A stretch of 64,000 nucleotides of DNA from assembly GCF_009914755.1 (NCBI RefSeq), contig NC_060936.1; one strand, written 5' to 3'. Position numbers and translations under genes: made by a program. The notes under the pieces were generated by a model. That model did no database searches. It saw only the letters and a program-made list of their open reading frames with translations, and was not told the DNA's origin. Every line of letters begins with the position of its first letter. Positions within the stretch are counted from its first letter, which is position 1. Origin of the DNA: the human T2T-CHM13v2.0 reference genome, Homo sapiens. This document shows positions 25,820-63,261 of this stretch, in pieces.

Positions 25820-27321
25820 TGAGAGGTGACAGCGTGCTGGCAGCCCTTCCTCCCTCTTGGCACCTCCTCGGCCTTGGTGCCCACTTTGGCCATGCTTGAG
25901 GAGCCCTTCAGCCCGCCGCTACACTGTGGGAGCCCCTCTGTGCTGGCCGAGGCTGGAGCCAGCTCCCTCTGCTTGTGGGAAGGTGTGGAGGGAGAGGCAT
26001 GGGTGGGAACCGGGGCTGCACCTGGTGTTCACGGGCCAACGCAAGTTCAGGGTGGGCATGGGCTTGGTGGGCCCTGCACTCAGAACTGCCGGCCAGTGCC
26101 ACTGGCCCTGGGCAGTGAGGGGCTTAGCACCCAGGCCAGCAGCTGCAGAGGATGCACTGGGTCCCCCAGCAGTGCCGGCCCACCAGCGCTACGCTCGAAT
26201 TCTCGCTGGGCCTCAGCTGCCTCCCCATGGGGCAGGGCTCGGGACCTGCAGCCTTCCATGCCCAATCACCGCCCCCCCCCGTGGGCTCCCATGCAGCTGG
26301 AGCCTCCCCGATGAGCGCCACCCCCTGCTCGACGGCACCTGGTCCCATCAACTGCCCAAGGGCTGAAGAGTGCGGGTGCATGGTGTGGGACTGGCAGGCA
26401 GCTCTGCCCACGGCCCTGGCATGGGATCCACTAGGCAAAGCCAGCTGGGCTTCTGAGTCTAGTGGGTAATTGGAGATGGGCTCCTGAGTCTAGTGGGGAC
26501 TTGGAGAACTTTTATGTCTAGCTGGAGGATTGTATATGCAGCAATCAGCACTCTGTGCCTAGCTCGGGGTTTGTGGATGCACCAATCAGCACTCTGTGTC
26601 TAGCTCAAGGTTCGTAAATGCCCCAATCAGTGCCCTGTGTCTAGCTAATCTGTTAGGGACTTGAAGAACTTTTGTGTCTAGCTAAAGGATTACAAATGCA
26701 CCAATCAGCACTCTGTGTCTAGCTCAAGGTTTGTAAATGCACCAGTCAGCACCCTATCAAAATGGACCAATCAGCTCTCTGTAAAACGGACCAATCGGCA
26801 ATCTGTAAAATGGACCAATCAGCAGGATGTGGGTGGGGTCAGCTAAGGTAATAAAAGCAGGCTGCTGGAGCCAGCAATGGCAACCCCCCCCCGAGTCCCC
26901 TTCCACACTGTGGAGGCTTTGTTCTTTCTCTCTTTGCAATAAATCTTGCTGCTGCTCACTCTTTGGGTCCACACTTCTTTTATGAGCTGTAACACTCACC
27001 GTGAAGGTCTGCAGTTTCACTCCTGAGGCCAGCGAGACCAAGAACCCACCGGGAGGAATGAACAACTCTGGAAGGGAGGAACAAACAACTCCAGACGTGC
27101 TGCCTTAAGAGCTGTGACACTCACTGCGAAGGTCTGCAGCTTCACTCCTGAAGCCAGCGAGACAACGAAGCCACCAGAAGGAAGAAACTCCGAACACATC
27201 CGAACATCAGAAGGAAAAAACTCCGGACACACCATCTTTAAGAACTGTAACACTTACCGTGAGAGTCCACGGCTTCATTCTTGAAGTCAGTGAGACCAAG
27301 AACCCACCAATTCAGGATACA
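25820..27321 (+). mobile_element. LTR12 (HERV9; C/E-like) solo LTR, 1502 bp
   Basis: TGAGAGGTGACAGCGTGCTGGC start, CCAAT-repeat U3, repeated U5 units, ends GGATACA; perfect TSD ctaa (25816-25819, 27322-27325). Confidence 0.93.
26541..26860 (+). promoter_or_regulatory. LTR12 CCAAT (NF-Y) array and AATAAAA TATA-equivalent
   Basis: At least 6 CCAATC motifs in 26581-26820; aataaaa at ~26850. Confidence 0.75.
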
Positions 27322-27963
27322 CTAATAGCTCAGGACCTACCTGTCTAGGAATAAACCATTCTAGCCATGAGAGATCAAACAGAACCTCAAACCAGAGACT
27401 CATTTTCTTCTAAAATACTTCCTAGAAAAGATTTTTAAAATGAAAGAGGGGAAAGGTAAAAAGAAAAATCTTGGGGGCCCCCAAAATCACTTAGCTAAAG
27501 GAATAAGTCATGCTGGGAACTGCTTAGGGCTGTTAAAGCAAACTAAATATGACCTGAGAAGGTCTCCATACTTCTATATTGGAGTCCTTTTGCTTGAACT
27601 GTAACTTAGCTTAATAGTCAGACAAAATTGAAAACCTAGCTTAATAGTATGCACACATAACAATAGCTGAGTGTTGGCCAATCTCAGTGGCCATACTTCA
27701 GCCACTCATAGACTGCTGAGTGCTCAAACTGTCTTCAAATAAGGCAAATGCAGAGCTGTAACCAATCTCACTCTTTCTGTACCTCACTTCCAATTCCTGT
27801 ACATCACTTTAACTTTTTGTCTATAAATTTGTTCTGACCATGAGGCACCCCTGGAGTCTCTGTGAATCTGCTGTGATTCTGGGGGCTGCCTGATTTGTGA
27901 ATCCTTCATTGCTCAATTAAACTCCTTTAAATTTAATTTGGCTGAAATTTTTCTTTTATCAGA

Positions 27964-27981
27964 TGGTGTCAGAAGCGGGAT
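27964..27981 (+). other. Primer binding site, tRNA-Leu(CAA)
   Basis: TGGTGTCAGAAGCGGGAT, 17/18 match to the complement of the tRNA-Leu(CAA) 3' end, 2 nt after the LTR. Confidence 0.85.
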
Positions 27982-28619
27982 CTGAAGTGGAGCTTCTAGC
28001 AACCCCCAGGAGCACTGAGTGAACACGCAAGGTGACTGCAGGACCCACTTGTGTCCACTGATCTCTCAGAGTGACTGGGGATCGTGAGTAAGCTTCCTCT
28101 TGGATTTCAGAGTTCCACAGACTTGTGTTTTGAGCTCTCCAAGTTCCTTTGAGCAAATATCTGGTTCAAACTAGGTTTGGAGTTGCAACAGAAACTGGAC
28201 TGGGTCCAGGAATGGATTTGATCCAGTAATGAACTGGCTTGGATCCAATTAGAGGTGTCTTACATCTGAATGGGTCAGAAAGGAACTGGTAATAAGCAGT
28301 AATATTTCAGGGATTATAAAATTTGGCTTTTGAAACTTCACAGGGATTTTTGTGTTCTACCCTTTTGCTTCATTTTTCTTGCATGCTTAGGTAGGAAAAA
28401 TTATTGGCTAAGTTAAGAGAACCTGAGAGTAAAGCCAATATTTTAGGTAAAAACGGGATCCTTAATTTCTGGAAAACTGAGTTCCTTCTGGCTTATACTT
28501 TAGGCCTGGGAGGCAGCGAAGTCTTACAGAAATGGCAAAATCTTACTAAAGATAACTTACAGTGGAATGTTCTGAATGAACAGCAATGCATTGAAGTACA
28601 TTTAAAAATGAAGACCCTT

Positions 28620-32883
<4,264 letters not shown>

Positions 32884-34081
32884 TAAAAAATTTTCGAGTT
32901 ATCATTTTGGCTAAATGAGTGACTTATGGTAATCTGAGAGTCTATTTTGTAACAGCCAATGTTTTAAACCTTTGGTATTTAACAAATCTTTCAAAATCAA
33001 GCTCTAGATTATCATGCTAAATCAGCCAACACTAAAATTGTTTAAATGTACAATTTGAATGAACTCCATGGTCTAAGTCAAATTACCTATGATAACCCAT
33101 TAGTTATCAGTGCTATGCACCTAAATTGGAAAACAACTGGTATTCCAGAGGACATATGTTAAGCATGGTCTCATTAAGAACCAGGACAGCTGCCTTGTCC
33201 TTCCTGAATCCTTAAAGCTTTTGTTATTAAAGGTTTTTCATTCCATGACTGGTCATGGAAAAGATAAAATAATCCAAATTGAATATATTAATGTGGTGAC
33301 TTATAAATTAAGGAAATAGTTTAAAACCAATGTTTGGTTCCATATTCCCAGGAAGACAATCAAAGCTTCAGGTACATTTGGCTACCTGATGGGCCATTTA
33401 AACATTTATAAAGGAATTTCACTCAATTGTCATTTTCAATGCATGTTTTCTGGTGTATAAAAGCTTTTCCATGCAAGAGGGCTGATCTTATAGCAGTAGA
33501 TTATTATGCTACAGTGTATTTTAACCAGGTAAAGAAAGCTTTTTATGGTTCACTGAGGACAGTCCCCTCACAATCTAGAACCTGAAGATTGGATCTTCTG
33601 AGAACATCAGAGAAAGGCCGTCTTTGCCATCCACACTACAGAAAAACTTTGGAGCCTCGAACCTTGGGTTTATAATCTCACAACTGAGAAGGGTCCCTCC
33701 ACACTCCTGCAACTGTACACCTGTTGGAACCCTTAAGGTAAAACTAATCAGGAAAGTTTCTCCCCAGAAGAAGATGGCATCCTTGATGTGAACAGCTTTT
33801 CCACAAGATCACGGATCAAAACTTCTACTATCATGAGACTCTTATCTTTGAATATTTTTTTCTTGTTTATGCCTCTATGAACAATAGAAATGAAAAGGGG
33901 GTCTATTATGTGCTCTTACAGGGTATGCTTTTCTTTGTGAAGGATTTTGCAGCCAGCCTTATACATGAATAAACTTACACTTTAATAGATAAAAGATGAA
34001 GGCCCAATGTAGGTGAGAAACTTTAGTGATACATACATTGCCTCAAAATCAGTCAAAACTCCTCTTAACCCATATCATGGA

Positions 34082-34375
34082 TTAAAGAGAACATTGACAG
34101 GAGGCCTTCACTCTTCTAGAAGGACATCATTTGTTCGGTCCTTTTTCCATGGTTTAGAATAAGAGAGGCAATAATTAGAAATGTTTCCCTCATAATAGGC
34201 TCTACAGCAAATTATACTTTAAAGGCTATTGTTACACAACAGACTTTAAATTCTCTTGTGAAAGTTATGCTAAATAATAGAATTGGCTAAACAGAAAAGT
34301 ACCTGTGCAGCTGCTGATATTTGTGGCCTATGGAGAAATATATCAAATGTAAATTATAAAAATTCAGTTGTAGGG
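34082..34375 (+). pseudogene. Degraded retroviral env transmembrane-subunit remnant
   Basis: Manual translation gives LKR|TLTGG, then after a frameshift ...TQQTLNSLVKVMLNNRIG* (immunosuppressive-domain-like), then TCAAADICGLWRNIS; located upstream of the 3' LTR. Confidence 0.6.
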
Positions 34376-34634
34376 GATTAATGCAAAGACCACTTAGTTA
34401 AGTGAGTAGACTCTAGCTAGCTCATTCATTAATCTATTTAATTTTAGGTGGTTTGGTTTATGGGGACCCTGGGTAAGGAACATACACCAAACTCTTGGGG
34501 TATGGCCTCCCCATACTCATAGTAACAGTCTCCCTGGTGCACTGTATTCTCTCAAAGGTTTTAAATGTTTGCATGTAGCCATCTCTAGAACGCCAAATGG
34601 TCTCTCTTCAACTGGAATGACAAAAGTTGAAAGA

Positions 34635-36748
34635 GCCTTCCTTCCTTCCTTCCTTCCTTTCTTTCCTTCTTCCTTCCTTCCTTTCTTTCGACGGTCTCCC
34701 TCTGTTGCCGAGGCTGGACTGTACTGCCGTGATCTCGGCTCACTGCAACCTCCCTACATTGGGCTCCCGTGACTCTCCTGTCTCAGCCTACCGAGTGCCT
34801 GGGATTGCAGGCACATGCCGCCATGCCTGACTGGTTTTTGTATTTTTGGTGGAGATGGGGTTTCACTGTGTTGGCTGGGCTGGTCTCCAGCTCCTGACCG
34901 CGAGTGATCTGCCCACCTCGGCCTCCTGAGGTGCTGGGATTGCAGACGGAGTCTCACTCACTCAGTGCTCAATGTTGCCCAGGCTGGAGTGCAGTGGCGT
35001 GATCTTGGTTCGCTACAACCTCCACCTCCCAGCTGCCTGCCTTGGCCTCCCAAAGTGCTAAGATTACAGCCTCTGCCCGGCTGCCACCCCATCTAGGAAG
35101 TGAGGAGCATCTCTGCCTGGCCACCCATCGTCTGGGATGTGAGGAGCGCCTCTGCCCGGCTGCCCCGTCTGGGATGTGAGGAGCGCCTCTTCCCGGCCGC
35201 CCTGTCTGGGAAGTGGGGAGCGCCTCTGCCTGGCTGCCCATCATCTGGGATGTGAGGAGCGCCTCTGCCTGGCCGCCACCCCGTCTAGGAAGTGAGGAGC
35301 GCCTCTGCCCGGCCACCTCGTCTGGGAAGTGAGGAGCGCCTCTGCCCAGCTGCCCTGTCTGGGAAGTGAGGAGTGCCTCTGCCCGGCTGCCCATCGTCTG
35401 GGAGGTGAGGAGCACTTCTGCCTGGCCGCCCCATCTAGGAAGTGAGGAGCACCTCTGCCCGGCCACCACCCCCTCTGGGAGGTGGGGAGCGCCTCTGCCT
35501 GGCCGCCGCCCCATCTGGGAAGTGAGGAGCGCCTCTGCCCGGCTGCCCATCGTCTGGGAGGTGAGGAGCACTTCTGCCTGGCCGCCCCATCTAGGAAGTG
35601 AGGAGCACCTCTGCCCGGCCACCACCCCCTCTGGGAGGTGGGGAGCGCCTCTGCCTGGCCGCCGCCCCATCTGGGAAGTGAGGAGCGCCTCTGCCCGGCA
35701 ACTGCCCCGTCTGGGAAGTGAGGAGCATCTCTGCCTGGCCGCCCCATCTGGGAAGTGGGGAGTGCCTCTGCCTGGCCACCCCGTCTGGGAAGTGGGGAGT
35801 GCCTCTGCCCAGCCGCCCTGTCTGGGAAGTGGGGAGCACCTCTGCCTGGCTGCCCATCGTCTGGGATGTGAGGAGAGCCTCTGCCTGGCCACCACCCCAT
35901 CTAGGAAGTCAGGAGCACCTCTGCCCGCCCGCCTCATCTGGGAAGTGAGGAGCGCCTCTGCCCGGCCGCCCTGTCTGGGAAGTGAGGAGCGCCTCTGCCC
36001 GGCCACCCATTGTCTGGGAAGTGAGGAGCGCCTCTGCCCTGCCGCCCCATCTGGGATGTGAGGAGCGCCTCTGCCCAGCCACCCCGTCTGGGAAGTGAGG
36101 AGCGCCTCTGCCTGGCTGCTGTGCAATCTTCCAAGTGTGAAGTGACAGGCTTTCTGCAGGTGTACCCAACAGCTCCGAAGAGACAGTGACTATCGAGAAC
36201 GGGCCATGATAATGATGGTGGTTTTGTTGAAAAGAAAAGGGGGAAATGTGGGGAAAAGAAAGAGAGATCAGATTGTTACTGTGTCTGTGTAGAAAGAAGT
36301 AGACATAGGAGACTCCATTTTGTTCTGTACTAAGAAAAATTCTTCTGCCTTGGGATTCTGTTGATCTATAACCTTACCCCCAACCCCGTGCTCTCTGAAA
36401 CATATGCTGTGTCAACTCAGGGTTAAATGGATTAAGGTCGGTGCAAGATGTGCTTTGTTAAACAGATGCTTGAAGGCAGCATGCTCGTTAAGAGTCATCA
36501 CCACTCCCTATTCTCAAGTACCCAGGGACACAAACACCGCGGAAAGCCTCAGGGACCTCTGCCTAGGAAAACCAGAGACCTTTGTTCACGTGTTTATCTG
36601 CTGACCTTCTCTCCACTATTATCCTATGACCCTGCCACATCCCCCTCTCCGAGAAACACCCAAGAATGATCAATAAATACTAAAAAAAAAAAAAAAAAGT
36701 AAAAAAAAGAAGAACAAAGCTATAGAAAAACAAAAAACAACAAGAACA
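34635..36748 (+). mobile_element. SVA retrotransposon, SVA_A type
   Basis: 5' pyrimidine repeat, Alu-like domain (~34690-35070), VNTR (~35070-36115), SINE-R (~36116-36681), AATAAA and A tail; TSD aaaagYtgaaaga at 34622-34634 and 36749-36761. Confidence 0.95.
35070..36115 (+). repeat. SVA VNTR (~37-41 bp GC-rich units)
   Basis: Repeated gcctctgcccggccgccccgtctgggaagtgaggagc variants. Confidence 0.95.
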
Positions 36749-38118
36749 AAAAGCTGAAAGAAATGTGCAACAATGAGGATACCATAACCTATGAATGACA
36801 CACTGAGACCGGAAACCTAAAATGATGGTAACTGAGAATGGCGCTAAGGCCCTAAGTTTTGGTCACACTCTCACCTAAGTGAGAACCTGGCCAGAAAAGG
36901 GGAATTTTTTAAAACAAAATTATGGGAGGCCATTATTTTGGACAGAGCTCATGCACTAGGCCCTAACCAAATGAAACTAGAATGGAGTCACTTGTGCTAA
37001 ATATGACACAATCAAACTAAGGCTTTAAGAAAACACATAGATCCTAGAACAGATCAGGTTTTGTTTTTCTCCTGTAAACAGATGTTCCAGCATAAGGAGA
37101 TACCCTCTACTCAGTGCTTATTCTCTCCTTGCAAAACCCACTATTCTACTGTTTCCCAGTGGGTTTCAAAACCACATAAGTACATTTACAACAGTGACAG
37201 TAACATCAATGACTAAGGTTTTGGCCAATCTCTCAAAATTGAGAAAATGACCAAAATGGGAGAATTGTTAAAGCAAACTAAATATGGCCTGAGAAGGACT
37301 CTGTACTTCCATATTTGAGACCTTGTGGATGAACTGTAACTTAGCGTAATAGTCAGACAAAATTGAAAACCTAACTTAATAGTATGCACCCGTAACAATA
37401 GCTGAGTGCTGGCCAACCACTCATAGACTGCTGAGTGTTCAAACTAGTTCAAGTAAGGCAAAGGCAGAGCTGTAACCAATCTCACTGTTTCTGTACCTCA
37501 CTTCCGATTCCTGTATGTCACTTTAACTTTTTTGTCTATAAATTTGTTCTGACCACGAGGCACCCCTGAAGTCTGTGAATCTGCTCTAATTCTGGGGGCT
37601 GCCTGATTTGCGAATACTTCATTGCTCAATTAAACTCCTTTAAATTTAATTCGGCTGAAGTTTTTCTTTTATCAGGGCAAAACCTGCCTCCCATTCTATT
37701 CAAAGTCACCCCTGCTCACTGAGATAAATGCACATCTGATTGCCTCCTTTGGAGAGGCTAATCAGAAACTCAAAAGAATACAACCATTTGTCTCTTATTT
37801 ACCTATGACCTGGAAGCCCCTTCCCTGCTTTGAGTTGCCCAGCCTTTCCAGAGTGAACCAATGTTCATCTTACATATGTCTGATGTCTCATGTGTCCCTA
37901 AATGTATAAAACAAAACTGTGCTCTGACCACTTTGGGCACATGTCGTCAGGACCTCCTCAGGCTGTGCCACAGGCACACGTCCTCAACCTTGGCAAAATA
38001 AACTTTCTAAATTAACTGAGACCTGTCTCAGATTTTCAGGGTTCACACTTTTCACATTCCTATTATACAAGGCTGTATGTAACAGATGTCACTTTTTTAC
38101 AAATTATATTTTACCTAA

Positions 38119-41030
<2,912 letters not shown>

Positions 41031-41039
41031 GAGTGTCCT

Positions 41040-41700
41040 TTGTGAAGCTGTGAAAAGTATTAATTTTGTTAAATCTCAACCCTTGAGTGAACATCTTTTG
41101 AAAATTCTGTCTAACAAAATGGGAAGTATGGGCAAAGTGCTTTTGCTCCCTACCAAAGTCTGGTTGTTTGGAAGAAAAGCACTTGTGTTATTTAGACACA
41201 AACGGAACTAGCCAATTTTTTTCCAGTGAACGCATTTTTTACTTGAAAGTATAATGAACTATGTTTATTGAGTCTTGAGTATTAGGCAGACAGTTTTACA
41301 AAAATAAACAAAGTAAGCCTGTCGCTTCAAGGAAAGCAACTTAACATTATTTGTTGGCAATGATAAAGTTAGAACTTTCAAGCAAAATAGAATTTTGTAC
41401 CTGCCACCCAAGCTTGACCGTTTCCCAATACTTAAAGACTTTTCTGATGAGACTGGTGGTGATATTAAAGAATGTTATTTTAAAAACGTTGTACAGTGAA
41501 ATGTGGCAACATTTGCAAGCTCTGCATAGCTCAGTGATCCAATGTTTTCCAAATGACCAATTCATTGTGGATACAAAATCATGCATGGGTAAAAAAATCC
41601 AATCAAAGTGCAAGATAGATTTTCATATAACCCAGAGTGGAAAAGGCTTATTGATATAGTTTCAGATTTTACATTGCAGCTAATGTTTAAGAAACAAATA
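41040..41700 (+). mobile_element. Charlie1-type hAT transposase remnant
   Basis: Translation [28 protein letters not shown]...LLLPTKVWL resembles the hAT segment INFIKSRPL...LLLHTEVRWLS; disrupted. Confidence 0.75.
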
Positions 41701-42224
41701 TTTCAGCCTGGGCAACATTGGGAGATGCTGTCTCTACAATTTTTTTTTTTTTTTTTTCAATTTAGCCAGGTGTGATGGCACCTCCTTGTAGTCTCAAGTA
41801 CTCAGGAGGCTGAGGTGGAAGGATCGCTTGAGCTCAGGAGGTCAAGGCTGCAGTGAGCTATGATTGTACCACTGCCCTACGCACTCCAGCCTGGGTGTCA
41901 GAGCAAGACCCTGTCTCAAGAGAAAAGAAAGAAAGAGAAAGAAAGAAAGGAAGGAAGGAAGAAAGGGAGAGAGAGAGAAAGAAAGAACTATTTGTTGAGT
42001 GTGGTGTAATAAATAAAAGGCAACTAAATCCTGCATCATACAGTTCTTGTTTTTTGTTTTTTTAGACATGGAGTCTCACTATGTTGCCTAGGCTGGCCTC
42101 AAACTCCCGGGCTCAAGTGATCCTACTGCTTCGGCCTCTTGAGTAGCTTGGACTACAGGTACAGTGGCTCAGAATTCTTCATATAGTTTAGCCAAAATAA
42201 CTTATCACAAATATATTGAATGGA

Positions 42225-43497
<1,273 letters not shown>

Positions 43498-43499
43498 CC

Positions 43500-46420
<2,921 letters not shown>

Positions 46421-47089
46421 TATTCTTTTTGATGATAGATACAAGTATTTCCTGAAATCAGTGGCCTCATAACTGGTATTTATTTCTCATTTCATTTTTC
46501 CCTTGATCAATTTGAAGTTATATAATTCTATGTCCAGACTTTTACTGGTTACCTACAACACAAACCTTTCATTTATCAAAATATGAAGTTAATCAATATT
46601 ATTTGTATCAATAAGAGTTCATTCAGGAAAACAAAAGTAACACTAGATGCTTCAATACAAAATGCAGTGCAGGGAGTTGATTAAATAAGCGTTGGAGGAA
46701 TGAAAAAGCAAAGGGAAACATTGAGGTAACATAGAGATAAAATCTGCAAGGAGCAGCTACCACCTTTGGAGCTGGGGAAACAAAGGGAAGAGGCTGGGGT
46801 TATCTAAACCAAAAGTTCAGATAAAGGACCTAACAGAGCTGAGGCTTAGGCCTCTGAGGATGGGGATGTTTCCTGATTGGTGCTGGATGTCTAAGAGGGC
46901 ACAATGAGTCTGGTTCTGGGAGAGCTGAGAGAAGCTTGAGGCTGAACTAACTTCTGATGCTAGGCCAACACTGACAGGCATAGCAAGCAAAGAGGAAAAT
47001 GAAAGTCACTTTTCTTTCAGTTTTCCAGTCTCCCTTAACACTCCTATTGATAGAAACTAAGAGGGAGCCAGTTGACAGGAAAGAAATGT

Positions 47090-50420
<3,331 letters not shown>

Positions 50421-50671
50421 AGAAAGAAAACAAAATGTAGTTTGCAGAATACCAGCCCCAGCATCATGATGTATAGAAGGGTGGATTTGAAGTTGAAGGA
50501 CATAGTTTGATAATCAGCATACTATCCTTGCAGACAATATAAGAAGCCTAGAACAATTTAACTTTGTCTGCCTACCTCCCAATGTCTATGTTATTGTTTT
50601 AATGTGTTTTAATTCTATATTTTTACTTAAATTCCAGAAAACATTAATGTTGTTATTACTTTCTTTTTTAT

Positions 50672-55571
<4,900 letters not shown>

Positions 55572-56935
55572 ATTTTTTAATTTAAAACTTTATACCTTTT
55601 ACTTCTGGAGCCTCTATTTTTAAATATACTACATTATTATTTATTTATTCCTTATTTCTTTCATTTTCTGTTTTTCAATATATTCTTGTTTCTCTTTTAT
55701 TTCTTTAAACAGAATAAGCGTAATTATTTTAGAATCTGTATCATAATTACAATATCTAAAGTCTTTTGGGCTCAGTTTTTGCTGTTGTTATTTCTTTTGG
55801 TTCTTATTTATGAGGTCTCCTTGTGTGTGTGTGTGTGTGTGTGTGCTACTAATTTTCCTTGGAAAATGACTTGTAGGCATTCTTTGGTGCTAGGATGAAA
55901 AGACATTTTTCTAGTGTGGATTTGGATTTGTTTCTGCCACATGCCTGGGCACATTATACTCACCTCTTCAGGACTACAACAAACTAAATGTACAAATTAA
56001 GCAGATTTTTTTGTTTGTCTGTTTTTAAACTACCTGAATCTGAAATTACACTGAAAATTTCTGTAAGGGCCCACTTGTGGTCACAAATTCCTCTGCTGAC
56101 ACCAAGGCAGCTTTTGTTGCAGTTCCCTGAAAATGGGGAGGTAAGGGAAGGTTCAGTACAGCAGGGAATCTCCTCTCAGTCTCTCCACCCTGGTGAGTCT
56201 TCCATCCCTTCCTCTAGAAAAGAAAGCTCAAGTCTGCATATGCGGTGGATGCCCTCCAAGCAGATATGACTGCTGTTTTGAATACTTCTTTAGGTTTCTG
56301 ACCCCCTTTATATTTTGGCCTGTTGATTCTTTACTGTCTTCTTGGCTCTACCATGCTTTTAAGAAGATATTTCCATTTTCCCCAGCATTTTTTAGTTTTT
56401 TTTTTGCAGGGGGGAGTATCAATTGAATACCTAACCTACTATATTGAAGAAAACAGAAATCTGTTTAGCTTTTCTAGCACAACCTTTTATTTTTATAGAA
56501 TTAATCATTGTCTTTTATCCTCCTTAGCTTTCTACCAACTTGCTACTAATATATCTGCAAACTCTTCTCATGCAAATCTCTTCTCCCTAAGTTCAAATGC
56601 ATTAGGTAGTCTATGTATTTCTTAAAGAAATCACTCTCAAACCCTTTGGAACTGCTCTAATTTTGATGAATTGATCTCTAGTCCTGCTATACAACTTGGC
56701 ATCTCTCTTCACCATTGTCCTGGAGATTACTTTTGTCTCTTTTGTGCTGGATCCCATTTCTTGGACTTTATGCATTTCTCTCTCTCTCTCTCTTTTTTTT
56801 TTTTGACTGACTAATTTGTCTTGGCATAATAAATCTTCTATCTTTCTGAAAAGCAGTGCATGGAATAGCAATAATTTGAGAACTTGCATGTCTGAAATAG
56901 TTTTTATTCTGGATTCACAATTCAATTATAGTTTG

Positions 56936-59851
<2,916 letters not shown>

Positions 59852-60309
59852 ATTATAGTTTGGTGGAACATAGAATTATAGGTTGGAAATAATTTCCCTA
59901 AAAAATTTGAAGATATTTTATATTATTTTCTAGCTCCCAATGTATTTTTTCTTTTTTAAGAGACAGGGTCTCACTCTGTCACCCAGGCTGGTGTGCAGTG
60001 GCGTGATCATGGCTGACTGCAGCCTTGACCTCCTGGGCTCAAGCAATACTCCCACCTCAGCCTCCCAAGAAGCTGGGATCACAGGCACTCGCTACCATGC
60101 CCTACTATTTTTTTTAAATTTTTTTTTGTAAAGATGCAGTCTCCCTATGTTGCCCTGGCTGGTCTCAAACTCTTGGGCTCAAGTGATCCTCCCATCTTGG
60201 CCTCCCAAAGTGCTGGGATTAGAGGAGTGAGCCACCACACTCATTCCTCCCAATGTTGATGAGTTTGTAAGCCCAATGCTGTTCTGATAAGGAATCAATT
60301 AAATACAAT

Positions 60310-62390
<2,081 letters not shown>

Positions 62391-62971
62391 CTGATTCTTA
62401 ATCCTAATGTTATACTGATTTTTAAAAAATGTATTAACAAAGCAACAACATGAAGTCACATGTTCTGATTTTTTTTGTCTGTATATGCAACTTGTTCTTT
62501 CTCTCTGGAAGCTTTTAGAATTTTTTTCTCTGTGTCCAGTACTCTGAGATTCTATAATGATGTGTCTTGGTGTGGGTTTGATTTGTTGTTCTGGATACTT
62601 AGGGTGCCTGTTCAATTTGGAGACTGTTCTTCAGTTTGGGATAGTCCTTTTAAATAGTTTTTTTGATGATCTCTTCTGATTCTCTGTTCTCTTTCTGGAA
62701 CTCTAATTTAGAACTCTTATTTAGTCCAGACCTTCTGGACTGATCCTTTATTTTTATGTTTTCTCCTAAAGCAGAACAAATTTGATCTTCTTCAACTTTA
62801 TCCCCCAGCCTTTTTATAGAATTTTTATTTCTGTAACATGGTTTTAGTTTCCAAGAGCTCTTTTTGCTTATCCGAATAGTAGTTACTCTCAAGTAGTTTC
62901 CTGTTGTTATTTTATGAATGCTCTATACTATCTCTTTGAGAAGTCTGATGATGGATTATTTTTAAATGCTT

Positions 62972-63261
62972 TGTTGTTTCAGACGGAGTCTAGCTCTGTG
63001 GCCCAGGCTGGAATGCAGTGCCGCAATCTCAGCTCACTGCAACTTCCGCCTCCCAGGTTCAATGAATTCTTCTGCCTCAGCCTCCTGAGTAGCTGGAACT
63101 ATAGGCGCGTGCCACCATGCCCAGCTAATTTTCGTATTTTTAGTAGATACGGGGTTTCACCACGTTAGCCAGGCTGGTCTTGAGCTCCTGACCTCAAGTG
63201 ATCCGCCCGTCTCGGACTCCCACAGTTTTGGGATTACAGGCGTAAGCCACCGTGCCCGGCC
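62972..63261 (-). mobile_element. AluS element
   Basis: Dimeric Alu; TSD tatttttaaat. Confidence 0.85.

Noticed and set aside
25826-26469. ORFs of 104-169 aa
   Set aside because: GC-rich LTR12 U3 region, open in several frames, with no protein similarity I recognise.
35070-36115. CRISPR-like repeat array
   Set aside because: Contiguous degenerate monomers without unique spacers, in primate DNA; this is the SVA VNTR.
34969-36126. 385-aa minus-strand ORF and overlapping 219/231-aa ORFs
   Set aside because: Products of the stop-poor, GC-rich SVA VNTR; repetitive translation with no gene context.
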